Notes under the pieces: model-generated
What the model was told of the DNA's origin: nothing
The model's input: the letters and a program-made list of their open reading frames with translations, nothing else
The model's database searches: none
Position numbers and translations under genes: made by a program
Assembly (NCBI GenBank): GCA_051252135.1
Contig: JBPOGH010000002.1
Coordinates: 64,001-128,000, forward strand
Source: Verrucomicrobiaceae bacterium
GTDB lineage: Bacteria > Verrucomicrobiota > Verrucomicrobiia > Verrucomicrobiales > Akkermansiaceae
Length of the DNA stretch: 64,000 bases
Direction of reading: 5' to 3'
Shown: one piece after another, positions 38,801-48,218 of the stretch
Layout: the number at the start of each line of letters is the position of its first letter
How positions within the stretch are numbered: position 1 is the first letter of the stretch

Positions 38801-40231
38801 ATGAAGATGGGGCTCTTGGTGTTTATTGCGGGAATGACTTTTTTGCAGGGGAAGTCGTATGTGCTGATTGTGGTGGATGATTTGGGTTACATGGACATTG
38901 GGGCCTACAATCCGGGGTCGTTTTACGAGACGCCGAATATTGATCGGTTGGCGAAGGAGGGGATGAAGTTTACCGATGGGTACGCGGCGAATCCGGTGTG
39001 CTCGCCGACGCGCTTTGGGATTCAGACGGGGCGGTATCCGACGCGGAAGGATGCGACGAATTTTTTCAGTGGAAGACGGGGCGGGAAGTTTGCGCCGGCG
39101 CCGCTGCATGATCGGCTGGATCACGATGAGGTGACGATTGCGGAGGCGTTTAAGGAGGAAGGGTATGCGACGTTCTTTGCGGGGAAGTGGCACTTGGGGG
39201 AGACGGAGGAATATTGGCCGGAGAGGCAGGGTTATGAGGTGAATATCGGGGGCTATTCGAAGGGGGGGCCGTATACGGGGAAGAAGTATTTTTCGCCGTA
39301 TAAGAATCCGCGGATGACGGATGGGCCGGATGGGGAGCACTTGCCGGATCGGCTGGCGATGGAGACGTGCAAGTTTATGGAGGCGAACAAGGACGGGAAG
39401 TTTTATGCGCTGCTGTCCTTTTACTCGGTGCACACGCCGCTGATTGGTCGGCCTGATTTGGTGGAAAAGTATCAGAAGAAGGCGGAGAAGATTATGGGGG
39501 AGGAGTTTGGGACGGAGGAGCAGGTGTTTGGGAAGAAGCCGAGGAAGGTGCGTATTTTACAGAAGCATGCGGTGTATGCGGCGATGGTGGAAGCGATGGA
39601 TGAGGCGGTGGGGAAGGTGATGAAGAAGGTGGAAGAGCTGGGGCTGGAGGATGAGGTGGTGATTTGTTTCACCTCGGATAATGGGGGGCTTTCGACATCG
39701 GAGGGTTCTCCGACTTCGAATCTTCCGCTGCGCGGCGGGAAGGGGTGGATTTATGAAGGCGGGATTCGGGAGCCCTTCATTGTGAAGTGGCCGGGGTTGA
39801 CGAAGCCGGGGATGACGAGCGAGGTGCCGGTGATGAGCACGGATTTTTTTCCGACTTTTGTGAAGGATGCCGGCGGTGAGGTGAAGGGAACGGTGGACGG
39901 GGTGGACCTGCGTCCGGCGCTCGGTGGCGGGGGTTTGGAGCGGGAGGCGCTTTACTGGCATTATCCGCATTACAGCAATCAGGGTGGGTTTCCGGGTGGG
40001 GCGATCCGGGTGGGTGATTGGAAGTTGGTGGAGCGGTATGAGGATGGGCGGGTGCATCTTTACAATTTGAAGGACGACATCGGGGAGCGGAAGGATGTGA
40101 AGGGGGCGCACGGGGCCCGGGTGGAGGAGATGCGGGCGAAGCTGCACGCGTGGTATCGCGAGGTGGATGCGAAGTTCCTGCAGAAGAAGAAAGGGCAGGT
40201 GGAGGAGCCGTGGAGGCCGGGGAAAGGGTGA
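38801..40231 (+). CDS. Sulfatase
   Basis: VDDLG, CSPTR, GKWHLG, SDNGG, YWHYPHY. Confidence 0.93.
   Translation: MKMGLLVFIAGMTFLQGKSYVLIVVDDLGYMDIGAYNPGSFYETPNIDRLAKEGMKFTDGYAANPVCSPTRFGIQTGRYPTRKDATNFFSGRRGGKFAPAPLHDRLDHDEVTIAEAFKEEGYATFFAGKWHLGETEEYWPERQGYEVNIGGYSKGGPYTGKKYFSPYKNPRMTDGPDGEHLPDRLAMETCKFMEANKDGKFYALLSFYSVHTPLIGRPDLVEKYQKKAEKIMGEEFGTEEQVFGKKPRKVRILQKHAVYAAMVEAMDEAVGKVMKKVEELGLEDEVVICFTSDNGGLSTSEGSPTSNLPLRGGKGWIYEGGIREPFIVKWPGLTKPGMTSEVPVMSTDFFPTFVKDAGGEVKGTVDGVDLRPALGGGGLEREALYWHYPHYSNQGGFPGGAIRVGDWKLVERYEDGRVHLYNLKDDIGERKDVKGAHGARVEEMRAKLHAWYREVDAKFLQKKKGQVEEPWRPGKG
40028..40231 (+). repeat. Direct repeat B, copy 1 (204 bp, sulfatase 3' end)
   Basis: Matches 43674-43877 with 6 mismatches by manual comparison. 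Confidence 0.95.
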
Positions 40232-40280
40232 GGTCCGGGCGGGTTGTCCCGGGTAATTGATCCTTGTCTGCTAGTGCCTG

Positions 40281-42896
40281 ATGATGAGGATGTTGAAAAT
40301 GAGAAGTGATTTGTTGAAAGGGTATCGGCCGGTTGCGGTGGTTCTCGGTTTGGCCGTGGTGGGGTCGGTTGGTTGGAAGTTGTTTCAGGGGAGTGGATTT
40401 GGAGAGGAGGCGGATCACGAGGTGGCGGTCGAGGAGCTGGTGGCCAGCGAGGAGTGGATGGAGTTTATGGGGGCGGAGATGAATGCGCTTGCGGGGAAGA
40501 TTGGTTCGCTTCCGGTTAGGGAGGGGGAGCCATTTTCAGCGATGGAGGGCGGAGTGACCGGTGAAGGGGTTGCGGGTCCGGTAAGGGAGGAGAAGGGGCC
40601 GGGCGGGGTGTCCTGGAAAGATTATGATTTCGGGACGGAAGCAGGAGATGGTGGTGCGGGTTTGTGGGGGTTTTTGGATGAGGAATTGGCGGAGGTGACG
40701 AAGGGGAAGTTTGGTTTTTTGAGGGGGGAGTTTACGGATGAGGCGAGGGAGGGCTTTTCGGCGAAGGTTATTTTTTCGGCAGAAGGGAAGGTTGGGGGAG
40801 GGGGAGTGGGAGCATTTGAGGCGGTGCAGGAAGTGCGGTGGACGCTGAAGGATGGAGGGCAGGCTCCTACGGCGGGGAATGATTATGTGATTGATCCCAA
40901 GGAATGGGAGATCACGGGATGGAAGATGGTGGAGGCGCGGCTGACGAAGGCGGAGAGGCCGCTATTTCGAGAGGTGACGCGGGAATTGATTCCGGATGAG
41001 GAGGATCAGAGGAGGATCGAATTTACGGATCACGCCTATTATTTGGGGAAGCTTTTTAAGGGAGAGGAGATTCCATTGAAGAGTGGATACGGACGTTATT
41101 TTACGACTGATGCGACGGCGCAGCATCCGGGGCTTTCGGTGGTGGATATTGATGGGGATGGGCGGGATGATCTTTATGTGTGTGTGCGGTTTGGGAGGAA
41201 TATGCTCTTTCGGGACCAGGGAGACGGGACCTTTAAGGAGGTGGCGGCGGATTATGGATTGGACCTGGAAGGGGTGAGTGCGGTGTCGTTATTTGCGGAT
41301 TTTGACAATGACGGGGATCAGGATGTGGTGGTGGGGAGATCGCTTGAGCGGAGTGTGTATTTGAGAAATGAAGGGGGGCGATTTGTGGATTGCTCGGAGT
41401 CGCATGTGGGTTCGCCGCTGCCTTATTTGACGACCTCGCTGGCGGCGGCGGATTTTAATGGGGATGGGTTGCTGGACCTCTACTTTTCGACTTATGGCTT
41501 TGCGATTCGGCAGCCAAGAGATCAGGTGGCGAAGGATTTTTTGGCGGATTATCCGGCTGGGGAAGTGACGGGACGGTTTGTGTCGCCGCCTGATGTGGAG
41601 CCGTATTTGAACCTACCCGGGCCACCGAATGTGTTGTTGGTGAACACGGGGGGCGGGAAGTTTGAGGTGTCGCCCTTGAGCGGGCAGGTGGCCGCGTGGC
41701 GGGAAACCTTGCAGGCGACGTGGGCGGATTATGATCAGGACGGTGATCCGGATTTGTATGTCTGTAACGACTTTGCGCCGGATGTGCTTTACCGGAACGA
41801 GGGAGGGGAGGGGTTTGTGGATGTGACGCGGGAGGTGGGGCACGAGCGGATGCGGGGGTTTGGGATGGGGGCGTCTTTTGGCGACTTCGACAACGATCAG
41901 GACCTCGATCTTTATGTTTCCAATATGTTCAGCAAGGCGGGGTTGCGGATTATTGACAAGGTGGGGATGAAGGATGAGCGCTTCCGGTGGTCGGCGGAGG
42001 GAAATTTGCTCTTCGACAATCGGTCGGGAGAGGGTTTTGGATTTTTGTCGGGAGAGGGTTCGCCCTTTGCGCCGGTGGCACGGGCGGATTGGTCGTGGGG
42101 CGGGCAGTTTTGTGATTTTGACAATGACGGGTTCCTGGACCTTTACGTGCCGAATGGATACTTTACGGCGCCGGAGGCATTTGCGGGGGAGGTTGATTTG
42201 TGAAGTTGCTACTGGCGCTCGGTCGTGCGCTCGGACAAGCAGTTGAACCCACGGTTCACAGGATCCCAGAAGTGGAATTTTGATCGGGGGACGGGAGGGA
42301 ATGTGACGAATGTGATCAAGAATCCCGATGGTTCCGAGAATGTGTGGACGGCGTTTTCCCACAGCGGGAAGGAGCGGAACCGGATGTTTTTGAATCAGGG
42401 AGGGAAGGGGTTTGTGAATGTGTCCGGGGTGAGCGGGGCGGATAGTGTGTTGGACGGGCGATCGTTTGTGATTTGGGATTTTAATCGCGATGGACGGTCG
42501 GATATTGCGATGGTGAATGCGAATCAGCGGCTGTTGCAAATTTTTGAGAATCAAGCTGCGGAGGAGCAAGGTTTTGTGGCCATCAGATTGGAGGGAGGCG
42601 GCCGGGAGGGAGATCCGGTGGGGGATTATTCAAACCGGGATGCGGTGGGGGCGCGGGTGACGATTGATTTGGGGACGCATCAGATTATGCGTGTACTTTC
42701 CTGCGGAGAGGGATTTGCTGCCCAGAATAGCCGGACAATTTTGGTGGGAGTGGGTAAATTTAACTCACCATTCAAGGTGAGGGTTGATTGGCCATCGGGA
42801 CGGGTGACTCTTGCTGAGTCGGTTACGCAAGGAGACCTTGTGAAGGTCTCCGAAATTTCAAGCAGGGTAGAAATATCGAGGCTCTCAGCCCAATAG
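40281..42896 (+). CDS. FG-GAP + ASPIC/UnbV protein, predicted selenoprotein; TGA 42201-42203 read as Sec
   Basis: ORFs 40281-42203 and 42225-42896 are in one frame: EVDL-TGA-SCYWRSVVRS. The paralog at 30303-33713 is continuous across the equivalent junction. Hairpin at 42215-42230. 871 aa from the 40281 start. Confidence 0.8.
42213..42234 (+). promoter_or_regulatory. Putative SECIS element
   Basis: GCGC-TCGGTCGT-GCGC; GGTC begins 18 nt after the TGA and CGGTC is shared with the peroxiredoxin hairpin. Confidence 0.55.
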
Positions 42897-42983
42897 GGGC
42901 CTTTTTACTTGCAGGAGTGTGTAAATTTGTGCAATTTCTAGGGGTTGCACAATTTTGCAATTAAAGGAACTAAAGAAAACATC

Positions 42984-43604
42984 ATGAAAAACAAAAATAT
43001 TGGTTATCTTGCGCTCGGCCTTATGGCTGCGGCGGCACCTGCTGCGAATGCGGCCGGGACAATTGTTGGGGGTGACTTTGAAGGAGTCACTCTCGTAGAC
43101 GATGGCAGCGGCGTCGGTAAATTTGGCCCATTCACTGGAAATGCGGCTTCGACCTATAGCGTGTCTACCACCAATCCACACACCGGTGCCGAGGCAATGG
43201 ATCTTGATATTGGTGGAGTTGCCAACTCTTTCGTGGGTGTGTTCCAGGATGTGACCATTGCTCCTCTGGAGACCATCAACTACAGCCTCTTTCACGCGGC
43301 AAATGTTGCGGCAGCCGGTGCGATTGAGATTCGTATCGAGTGGCGTGATTCTGTGAACAATGTGGAGATTTCCCGCACCGGTAACTCCACTCCAAGCCCG
43401 GGCACTTCCTATGAGCTTTTCTCACTGGTTGAGACGGCTCCAGCAGGTGCTGACACGGCACGAGTTGTGTATGCCCTCCAGAGCTTTGGCGGGAATACCA
43501 CGATTGCGGCTAACGTCGATGATATCACCGTAATCCCAGAGCCTACGTCTTCGCTTCTTGCTGGATTGAGTGCCTTGGGTCTCATGATTCGTCGTCGTCG
43601 ATAG
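42984..43604 (+). CDS. PEP-CTERM protein
   Basis: Signal peptide from ATG 42984; IPEPTSSLLAGLSALGLMIRRRR. Confidence 0.92.
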   Translation: MKNKNIGYLALGLMAAAAPAANAAGTIVGGDFEGVTLVDDGSGVGKFGPFTGNAASTYSVSTTNPHTGAEAMDLDIGGVANSFVGVFQDVTIAPLETINYSLFHAANVAAAGAIEIRIEWRDSVNNVEISRTGNSTPSPGTSYELFSLVETAPAGADTARVVYALQSFGGNTTIAANVDDITVIPEPTSSLLAGLSALGLMIRRRR

Positions 43605-43631
43605 ACGCGATTTGTTCATTGTATTCGTAGG

Positions 43632-43663
43632 AAACGGCGGCCCCACCGGGGTCGCCGTTTTTT
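43632..43663 (+). terminator. Rho-independent terminator
   Basis: AAACGGCGGCCCC-ACC-GGGGTCGCCGTTTTTT. Confidence 0.85.
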
Positions 43664-43673
43664 AATGCGGGTT

Positions 43674-43877
43674 GTGGAGCGGTATGAGGATGGGCGGGTG
43701 CACCTTAACAATTTGAAGGATGACCTCGGGGAGCGGAAGGATGTGAAGGGGGCGCACGGGGCCCGGGTGGAGGAGATGCGGGCGAAGCTGCACGCGTGGT
43801 ATCGCGAGGTGGATGCGAAGTTCCTGCAGAAGAAGAAAGGGCAGGAGGAGAAGCCGTGGAGGCCGGGGAAAGGGTGA
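43674..43877 (+). pseudogene. Direct repeat B, copy 2: orphan sulfatase 3' fragment
   Basis: Encodes the last 67 aa of the sulfatase with no catalytic core; lies just after a terminator. Confidence 0.9.
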
Positions 43878-43924
43878 ACGGATTGGTTGGGGAGGAGCGG
43901 TCAGGAATACCCACTCTCCTTATT

Positions 43925-46897
43925 TTAGAGCGGGCGAATTTGGACGTTGCGGAAGTGGACGTCGGCGCCGTGGTCCTGGAATTGGATCCAGCTGGCTTGG
44001 GTGCCGTAGTTTTCGATCTCGCGGTATTTGCTCTTTTGGAAGGAGGCCTTCCACTTGGGGCTGCCGATTTCGACTTCGAGGACTTTGACGTTGTTGAGCC
44101 AGTGTTCGAGGTGGTTGCCTTTGGCGACGATGCGGCCTTTGTTCCACTGGCCGGCGGGGTGGTAGGGTTTATCCGCGATGGGGGCGACGAGATCGTAGAG
44201 AGCGGCGGCGGATGAGTTGGGGGTTTTTCCGCGGACGTGGCGTTGGTCATCGAGGATTTGATATTCGAGGCCCCGGCCATTTCCGCTGCGGTAGATGACG
44301 CCGCTGTTTCCGGCGTTGGAGATGTTCCACTCGAAGCGGAGTTCGAAGTCCTGATATTTTCCTTTGGTTCCCATGCCGCCGGTTTTGAGGGGGCCGCGGG
44401 AGGCGACGCCGTCCTTGATGGTCCATTGGCCTTCCTTCTTATTGGTGTGCCATTGGGAGAGGTCGCCGTTTTGGAAGAGGTCAATGAAGGCGGTTTCCTT
44501 GGGGCGGGGTTTGACGACGTTGTAGCGGAGGGTGTGGCCCATGAGGGGGTGGCCTTTGTCGTCGGTGGCGTCGCTGAGCTCGATGGTGTAGAGGCGTCGG
44601 GGGGTGATCTGGGGGAGGGTGATGGTGAGGGTTTTGCGGTCGGCGGAGAGTGTTGTTCCGGTGGGGGTGACGTGTTGGAGGTCGACTTTTGGGGAGCCGT
44701 AATCCTGATGGTAGTGGTAGGTGTGGCGGGAGATTTGTGAGGTGGGGGTGGATTTGAGGGGGCGGTTGAAGGTGACTTGGAAACCGTCGGGGAGGAGGGA
44801 AACCCCGGTGGCGAGGAGGGGTTGGGTTTTATTGAAGGTGATTTTTTTGATGCCTTCATCGCCGGCCCATTTGATGTGGGTTTTTCCGATCCAGAGCTGG
44901 CCTCTTTGATCGAAGGTGAGGCGGTGGTTGCCGATGCCGAGGTCGGTGCTGAAGAGGAAGGGGATGAGGGTGCCTTGTTGGGTGCCGTCGACTTCATCGG
45001 GGAGGAAGCGGATGAGTTGGGGCTGGTTCATGTCGCCGATGAGGAGTTCGCCTTCGGGGAGGCCAAAGAGCTCAGGGTCGATGGTGTTGATGGGTTGGGT
45101 GGGGGAGTTGGCGAGTTCTCCGTGGGGGAAGAGGGCGGCGGCGGGGGTGCGCATTTTTTCGAGTTCTTCGACGGGGATTTCGAGGGGGTTGCGGGTCCAT
45201 CCCTTTTCCCAGACGAGGGAGGCGGGGTGGCCGTAGAAGTTTCCTTTGGTGACGTGGTAGAGGGGGTTGGTGCCGCGCCAGTCGCCCTGGTTATCGGTGA
45301 TCCAGAGGCGGTCATTTTCATCGACGTGGATGCCATCGGGCGAGCGGAAGCCGGAGGCGAAGGGGATGGTTTTGCCATCGGGGGTGATCTGGAGGACCCA
45401 GCCGCGGTAGGGAACGCGGGAGTACATGCGGCCGGCTTTGGCTTTGTTTTTCTCCCAGGCCTTGGGGTCGTTTTTGACAATGTGGAGTTCGCGTTCGAGG
45501 CCGATGGGATTCCAGGGTCCGCGGACGATGTCCTGGATGCCGGCGCCATTGGAGGCGACGTTGAGGGAGATGTAGAGGTTGCCCTTGGAGTCGCGGGCGG
45601 GGCCGTAGACGAACTCGTGGTAGTTGCCGGTGATGCCGAAGGTGTTGCAGAGGTTTTGGTAGTGGTCGGCGAGGCCGTCCTGATCTGTGTCAGTGAGGCG
45701 GGTGAGCTCAGCCCATTGGGTGACGATGAGTGAGCCGTCGGTGTCCTCGAGAATGCCGAGGGGGAGGGCGAGGCCGCGGGCGAAGAGGGACCAGGATTGT
45801 GTTTCGGGGGAGTAGATTTGGATTTCGCCGCTGTTGAAGCAGGTGGCGATACGGCCATCGCGGAGGGTGGTGAGGCCACCGATTTGGTGGTCGACGGTGG
45901 CGGGGACGGGGATGTTTTGGAAGGTGTAGTAGTGGTTCCAGTCGGCGGGATCGGAGGCGGGGGTGGTGGGAGGCGAGACGGGACGGGGAGCGGGAGGCTC
46001 GGGGAAGGAAGAGGGTTTGGGGGTCTGCCAGTTGTGGTGGGTGACGGTGAGGGTGAAGGATTTTGCGTCTTCGGCGCTGAGGTGGAGTTTGGAGTCTTTG
46101 ATGATTCCTTTGTCCGAGGTGAGGGTGGCTTTTCCTTGGGAGCTCAGGTCGAGGACGAGGGGGGCGGTGATGTGTTGAATCTGGAAATGGCGGGAGAAGG
46201 CGCCGGGGGTGGAGTGGGAGGTGAGGTGTTCGTTGATTTGGACGGAGCCGATGCGGTAGGAGAATACGGGGTGTTGATCGATGAGGTGGTAGCCGAGGAA
46301 TTCGGGTTTTCCGGGGAAGGGGAAGAGGGCGGCGGAGGTTTCGCGGTAGTAGGGCTTGTTGGGAAGGGCGGCGGGGCGCCACATGCTGAAGAGGTTTGTT
46401 TTGGTGCCGAGGTAGGCGTAGCGGAGGCGGCAGGCTTCGGTGTCCCAGCAGGCGGTGAGGCCGTTTTCGAGAACGACGGCGATCGAGGCGGGGGAGGAGT
46501 CGGGCATGGAGGTGCGGGCGACGTAGGGGAGGGGGCGTTTGGGTTCCTTGAAGGCGGGAAAGAGTGAGCCGCGTTTTTTCTCCGCGACGCCCTTGGTGGC
46601 GGTGAGGAGGTAGTCGTGGATGAGGGCGAGGTCGGCGTCGGGGACGTGTGCCATGGAAGGCATTTGGATGAGCTTGGGGTTCTTTTTGCCCGGAGCTTTG
46701 GCCCATGCGATGAAGTCGGTGTCCTTGGAGGCCGGGTAGTTTTCGGCGATGTAGACGAGTGAGGGGCCGACGACTTCGTTGGCGAGGAGGTGGCAGGCGG
46801 CGCAGTTGATCTTGTAAAGTTGCTCGCCGGGGTGGGGGGCTTTGTCTTGGGCGAGAAGGGGAAGGGAGAGGGCGATGAGGAGAGAGAGGAACTTCAT
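43925..46897 (-). CDS. Cytochrome c + beta-propeller (sorbosone dehydrogenase-like) + DUF1080 fusion
   Basis: CAACH heme motif and MP; YHEF.YG, ASGFRSPDG, TDNQGDW; C-terminal NSGV, EYQILD, QDHG..V.FRN. Confidence 0.85.
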   Translation of the reverse strand: MKFLSLLIALSLPLLAQDKAPHPGEQLYKINCAACHLLANEVVGPSLVYIAENYPASKDTDFIAWAKAPGKKNPKLIQMPSMAHVPDADLALIHDYLLTATKGVAEKKRGSLFPAFKEPKRPLPYVARTSMPDSSPASIAVVLENGLTACWDTEACRLRYAYLGTKTNLFSMWRPAALPNKPYYRETSAALFPFPGKPEFLGYHLIDQHPVFSYRIGSVQINEHLTSHSTPGAFSRHFQIQHITAPLVLDLSSQGKATLTSDKGIIKDSKLHLSAEDAKSFTLTVTHHNWQTPKPSSFPEPPAPRPVSPPTTPASDPADWNHYYTFQNIPVPATVDHQIGGLTTLRDGRIATCFNSGEIQIYSPETQSWSLFARGLALPLGILEDTDGSLIVTQWAELTRLTDTDQDGLADHYQNLCNTFGITGNYHEFVYGPARDSKGNLYISLNVASNGAGIQDIVRGPWNPIGLERELHIVKNDPKAWEKNKAKAGRMYSRVPYRGWVLQITPDGKTIPFASGFRSPDGIHVDENDRLWITDNQGDWRGTNPLYHVTKGNFYGHPASLVWEKGWTRNPLEIPVEELEKMRTPAAALFPHGELANSPTQPINTIDPELFGLPEGELLIGDMNQPQLIRFLPDEVDGTQQGTLIPFLFSTDLGIGNHRLTFDQRGQLWIGKTHIKWAGDEGIKKITFNKTQPLLATGVSLLPDGFQVTFNRPLKSTPTSQISRHTYHYHQDYGSPKVDLQHVTPTGTTLSADRKTLTITLPQITPRRLYTIELSDATDDKGHPLMGHTLRYNVVKPRPKETAFIDLFQNGDLSQWHTNKKEGQWTIKDGVASRGPLKTGGMGTKGKYQDFELRFEWNISNAGNSGVIYRSGNGRGLEYQILDDQRHVRGKTPNSSAAALYDLVAPIADKPYHPAGQWNKGRIVAKGNHLEHWLNNVKVLEVEIGSPKWKASFQKSKYREIENYGTQASWIQFQDHGADVHFRNVQIRPL

Positions 46898-46984
46898 GGG
46901 AGAAGGAAAAGGTGCGTGAGAGACAGAAAGGGATACCTCGGTGAAACCGGGATTTTGCAGAAATTTTCCGCTAAAATTGCAGCG

Positions 46985-48199
46985 CTACTTGGCGGTGGAA
47001 GAGACGAGCTTGCCGTCGATGATGACGTGGGTGGTGTGAGTAGTGGTCTCGAGGGGGTCGCCATCGAAAAGGGCGAGGTCGGCGTGCTTGCCGACTTCGA
47101 GCGAGCCGATCTTGTCATCGAGGCCAAGAATCTTGGCCGGATAGATGGTGCAGGCGGCGAGGGCGATTTCTTGTGGGAGGCCGTAGGCGGCGGCGAGGGC
47201 GGCCTCGAAGTGGACGACGCGGGTTTTGGGGACGTAGGTCTCGTAGCCGGACTGGAAGGCGAAGGGGATGCCTTTTTTATGGAGCTGGGCGGCGAGAGTG
47301 AAGGTCATGTTTTCGAGATCGCCGAAGGGGCGGCCCATGGTGGGGTGGACGATGACGGGGATATCGGCGGCTTTAATTTCGTCGAGGAGGAGGTAGGCTT
47401 CGGCGGCCCCATCGAGGATGAGATCGAAGCCGAACTCCTCGCGAAGGCGGAGGGCGGAGGCGATGTCCTGATGGCGTTGGGCATTGATGAGGAGCGGGGT
47501 CTTTTTGTTGAGGATGTCGACGAGAGTGAGGAGCTTGATGTTAGCATCAGGGGCGTTTTTTTCGTCATCTTCCTGGGCGGCGGTGATCTTGTTCGCGTGT
47601 GCTTGGGCTTTGAGGAGTTCGGCGCGAAGGAGGGCGATGGCCTTGGAGCGGGTGCCGGGTGATTTGGAGAGAGCGCCGGAGCCGAGAGTGGCCGCGACGG
47701 CGGAGGTGGGGACGAGGGTGTCGTTGACGGAAGTGATGGAGGGGACGTTTGTTTTAACGACCATGAGTTGGCCGGAGATGAGGGCGCCGGGGGCGTGGCC
47801 GGTGTTGATGGTGGTGACGCCGAGATCGCGGAGCCATTTCACGAGAGGGTCGCGGCCATTGTAGGCATCGATAGCGCGGAGCTCGGGCTGGATGGGCTCA
47901 GATTTTTCGAGCTGTTCCTGGTCGTGTATGGGCGAGTTGAGGATGCCGGAGAGGCCGACGGTGGCGTGGGCATCGATGATACCGGGGGTGGCGACTTTTG
48001 CGGTGAGGATTTGGTATCCTTCCGGGATTTTAATGTCGTTGCCGACCGCCTCAATGGTGCCATCGGCTGCGCAGAGGACGACGCCATTTTTGATGGGCTT
48101 GAGATCGCCGGTCATGGTGAAGAGGAGATCGGCCCGGATGGCGATCTGGGCGTGGACCGCAGTGAGGGAAAGGAGGGAGATGAGGAGAGACTTGATCAT
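46985..48199 (-). CDS. Amidohydrolase family protein, secreted
   Basis: PGIIDAH, GSLEVGKHADL..FDGDPL. Confidence 0.9.
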   Translation of the reverse strand: MIKSLLISLLSLTAVHAQIAIRADLLFTMTGDLKPIKNGVVLCAADGTIEAVGNDIKIPEGYQILTAKVATPGIIDAHATVGLSGILNSPIHDQEQLEKSEPIQPELRAIDAYNGRDPLVKWLRDLGVTTINTGHAPGALISGQLMVVKTNVPSITSVNDTLVPTSAVAATLGSGALSKSPGTRSKAIALLRAELLKAQAHANKITAAQEDDEKNAPDANIKLLTLVDILNKKTPLLINAQRHQDIASALRLREEFGFDLILDGAAEAYLLLDEIKAADIPVIVHPTMGRPFGDLENMTFTLAAQLHKKGIPFAFQSGYETYVPKTRVVHFEAALAAAYGLPQEIALAACTIYPAKILGLDDKIGSLEVGKHADLALFDGDPLETTTHTTHVIIDGKLVSSTAK

Positions 48200-48218
48200 C
48201 GGAAAAGGGGCTTAGATT

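Noticed and set aside
43665..43877. 70-aa ORF as an independent gene
   Set aside because: It is the duplicated sulfatase C-terminus with a chance ATG right after a terminator.
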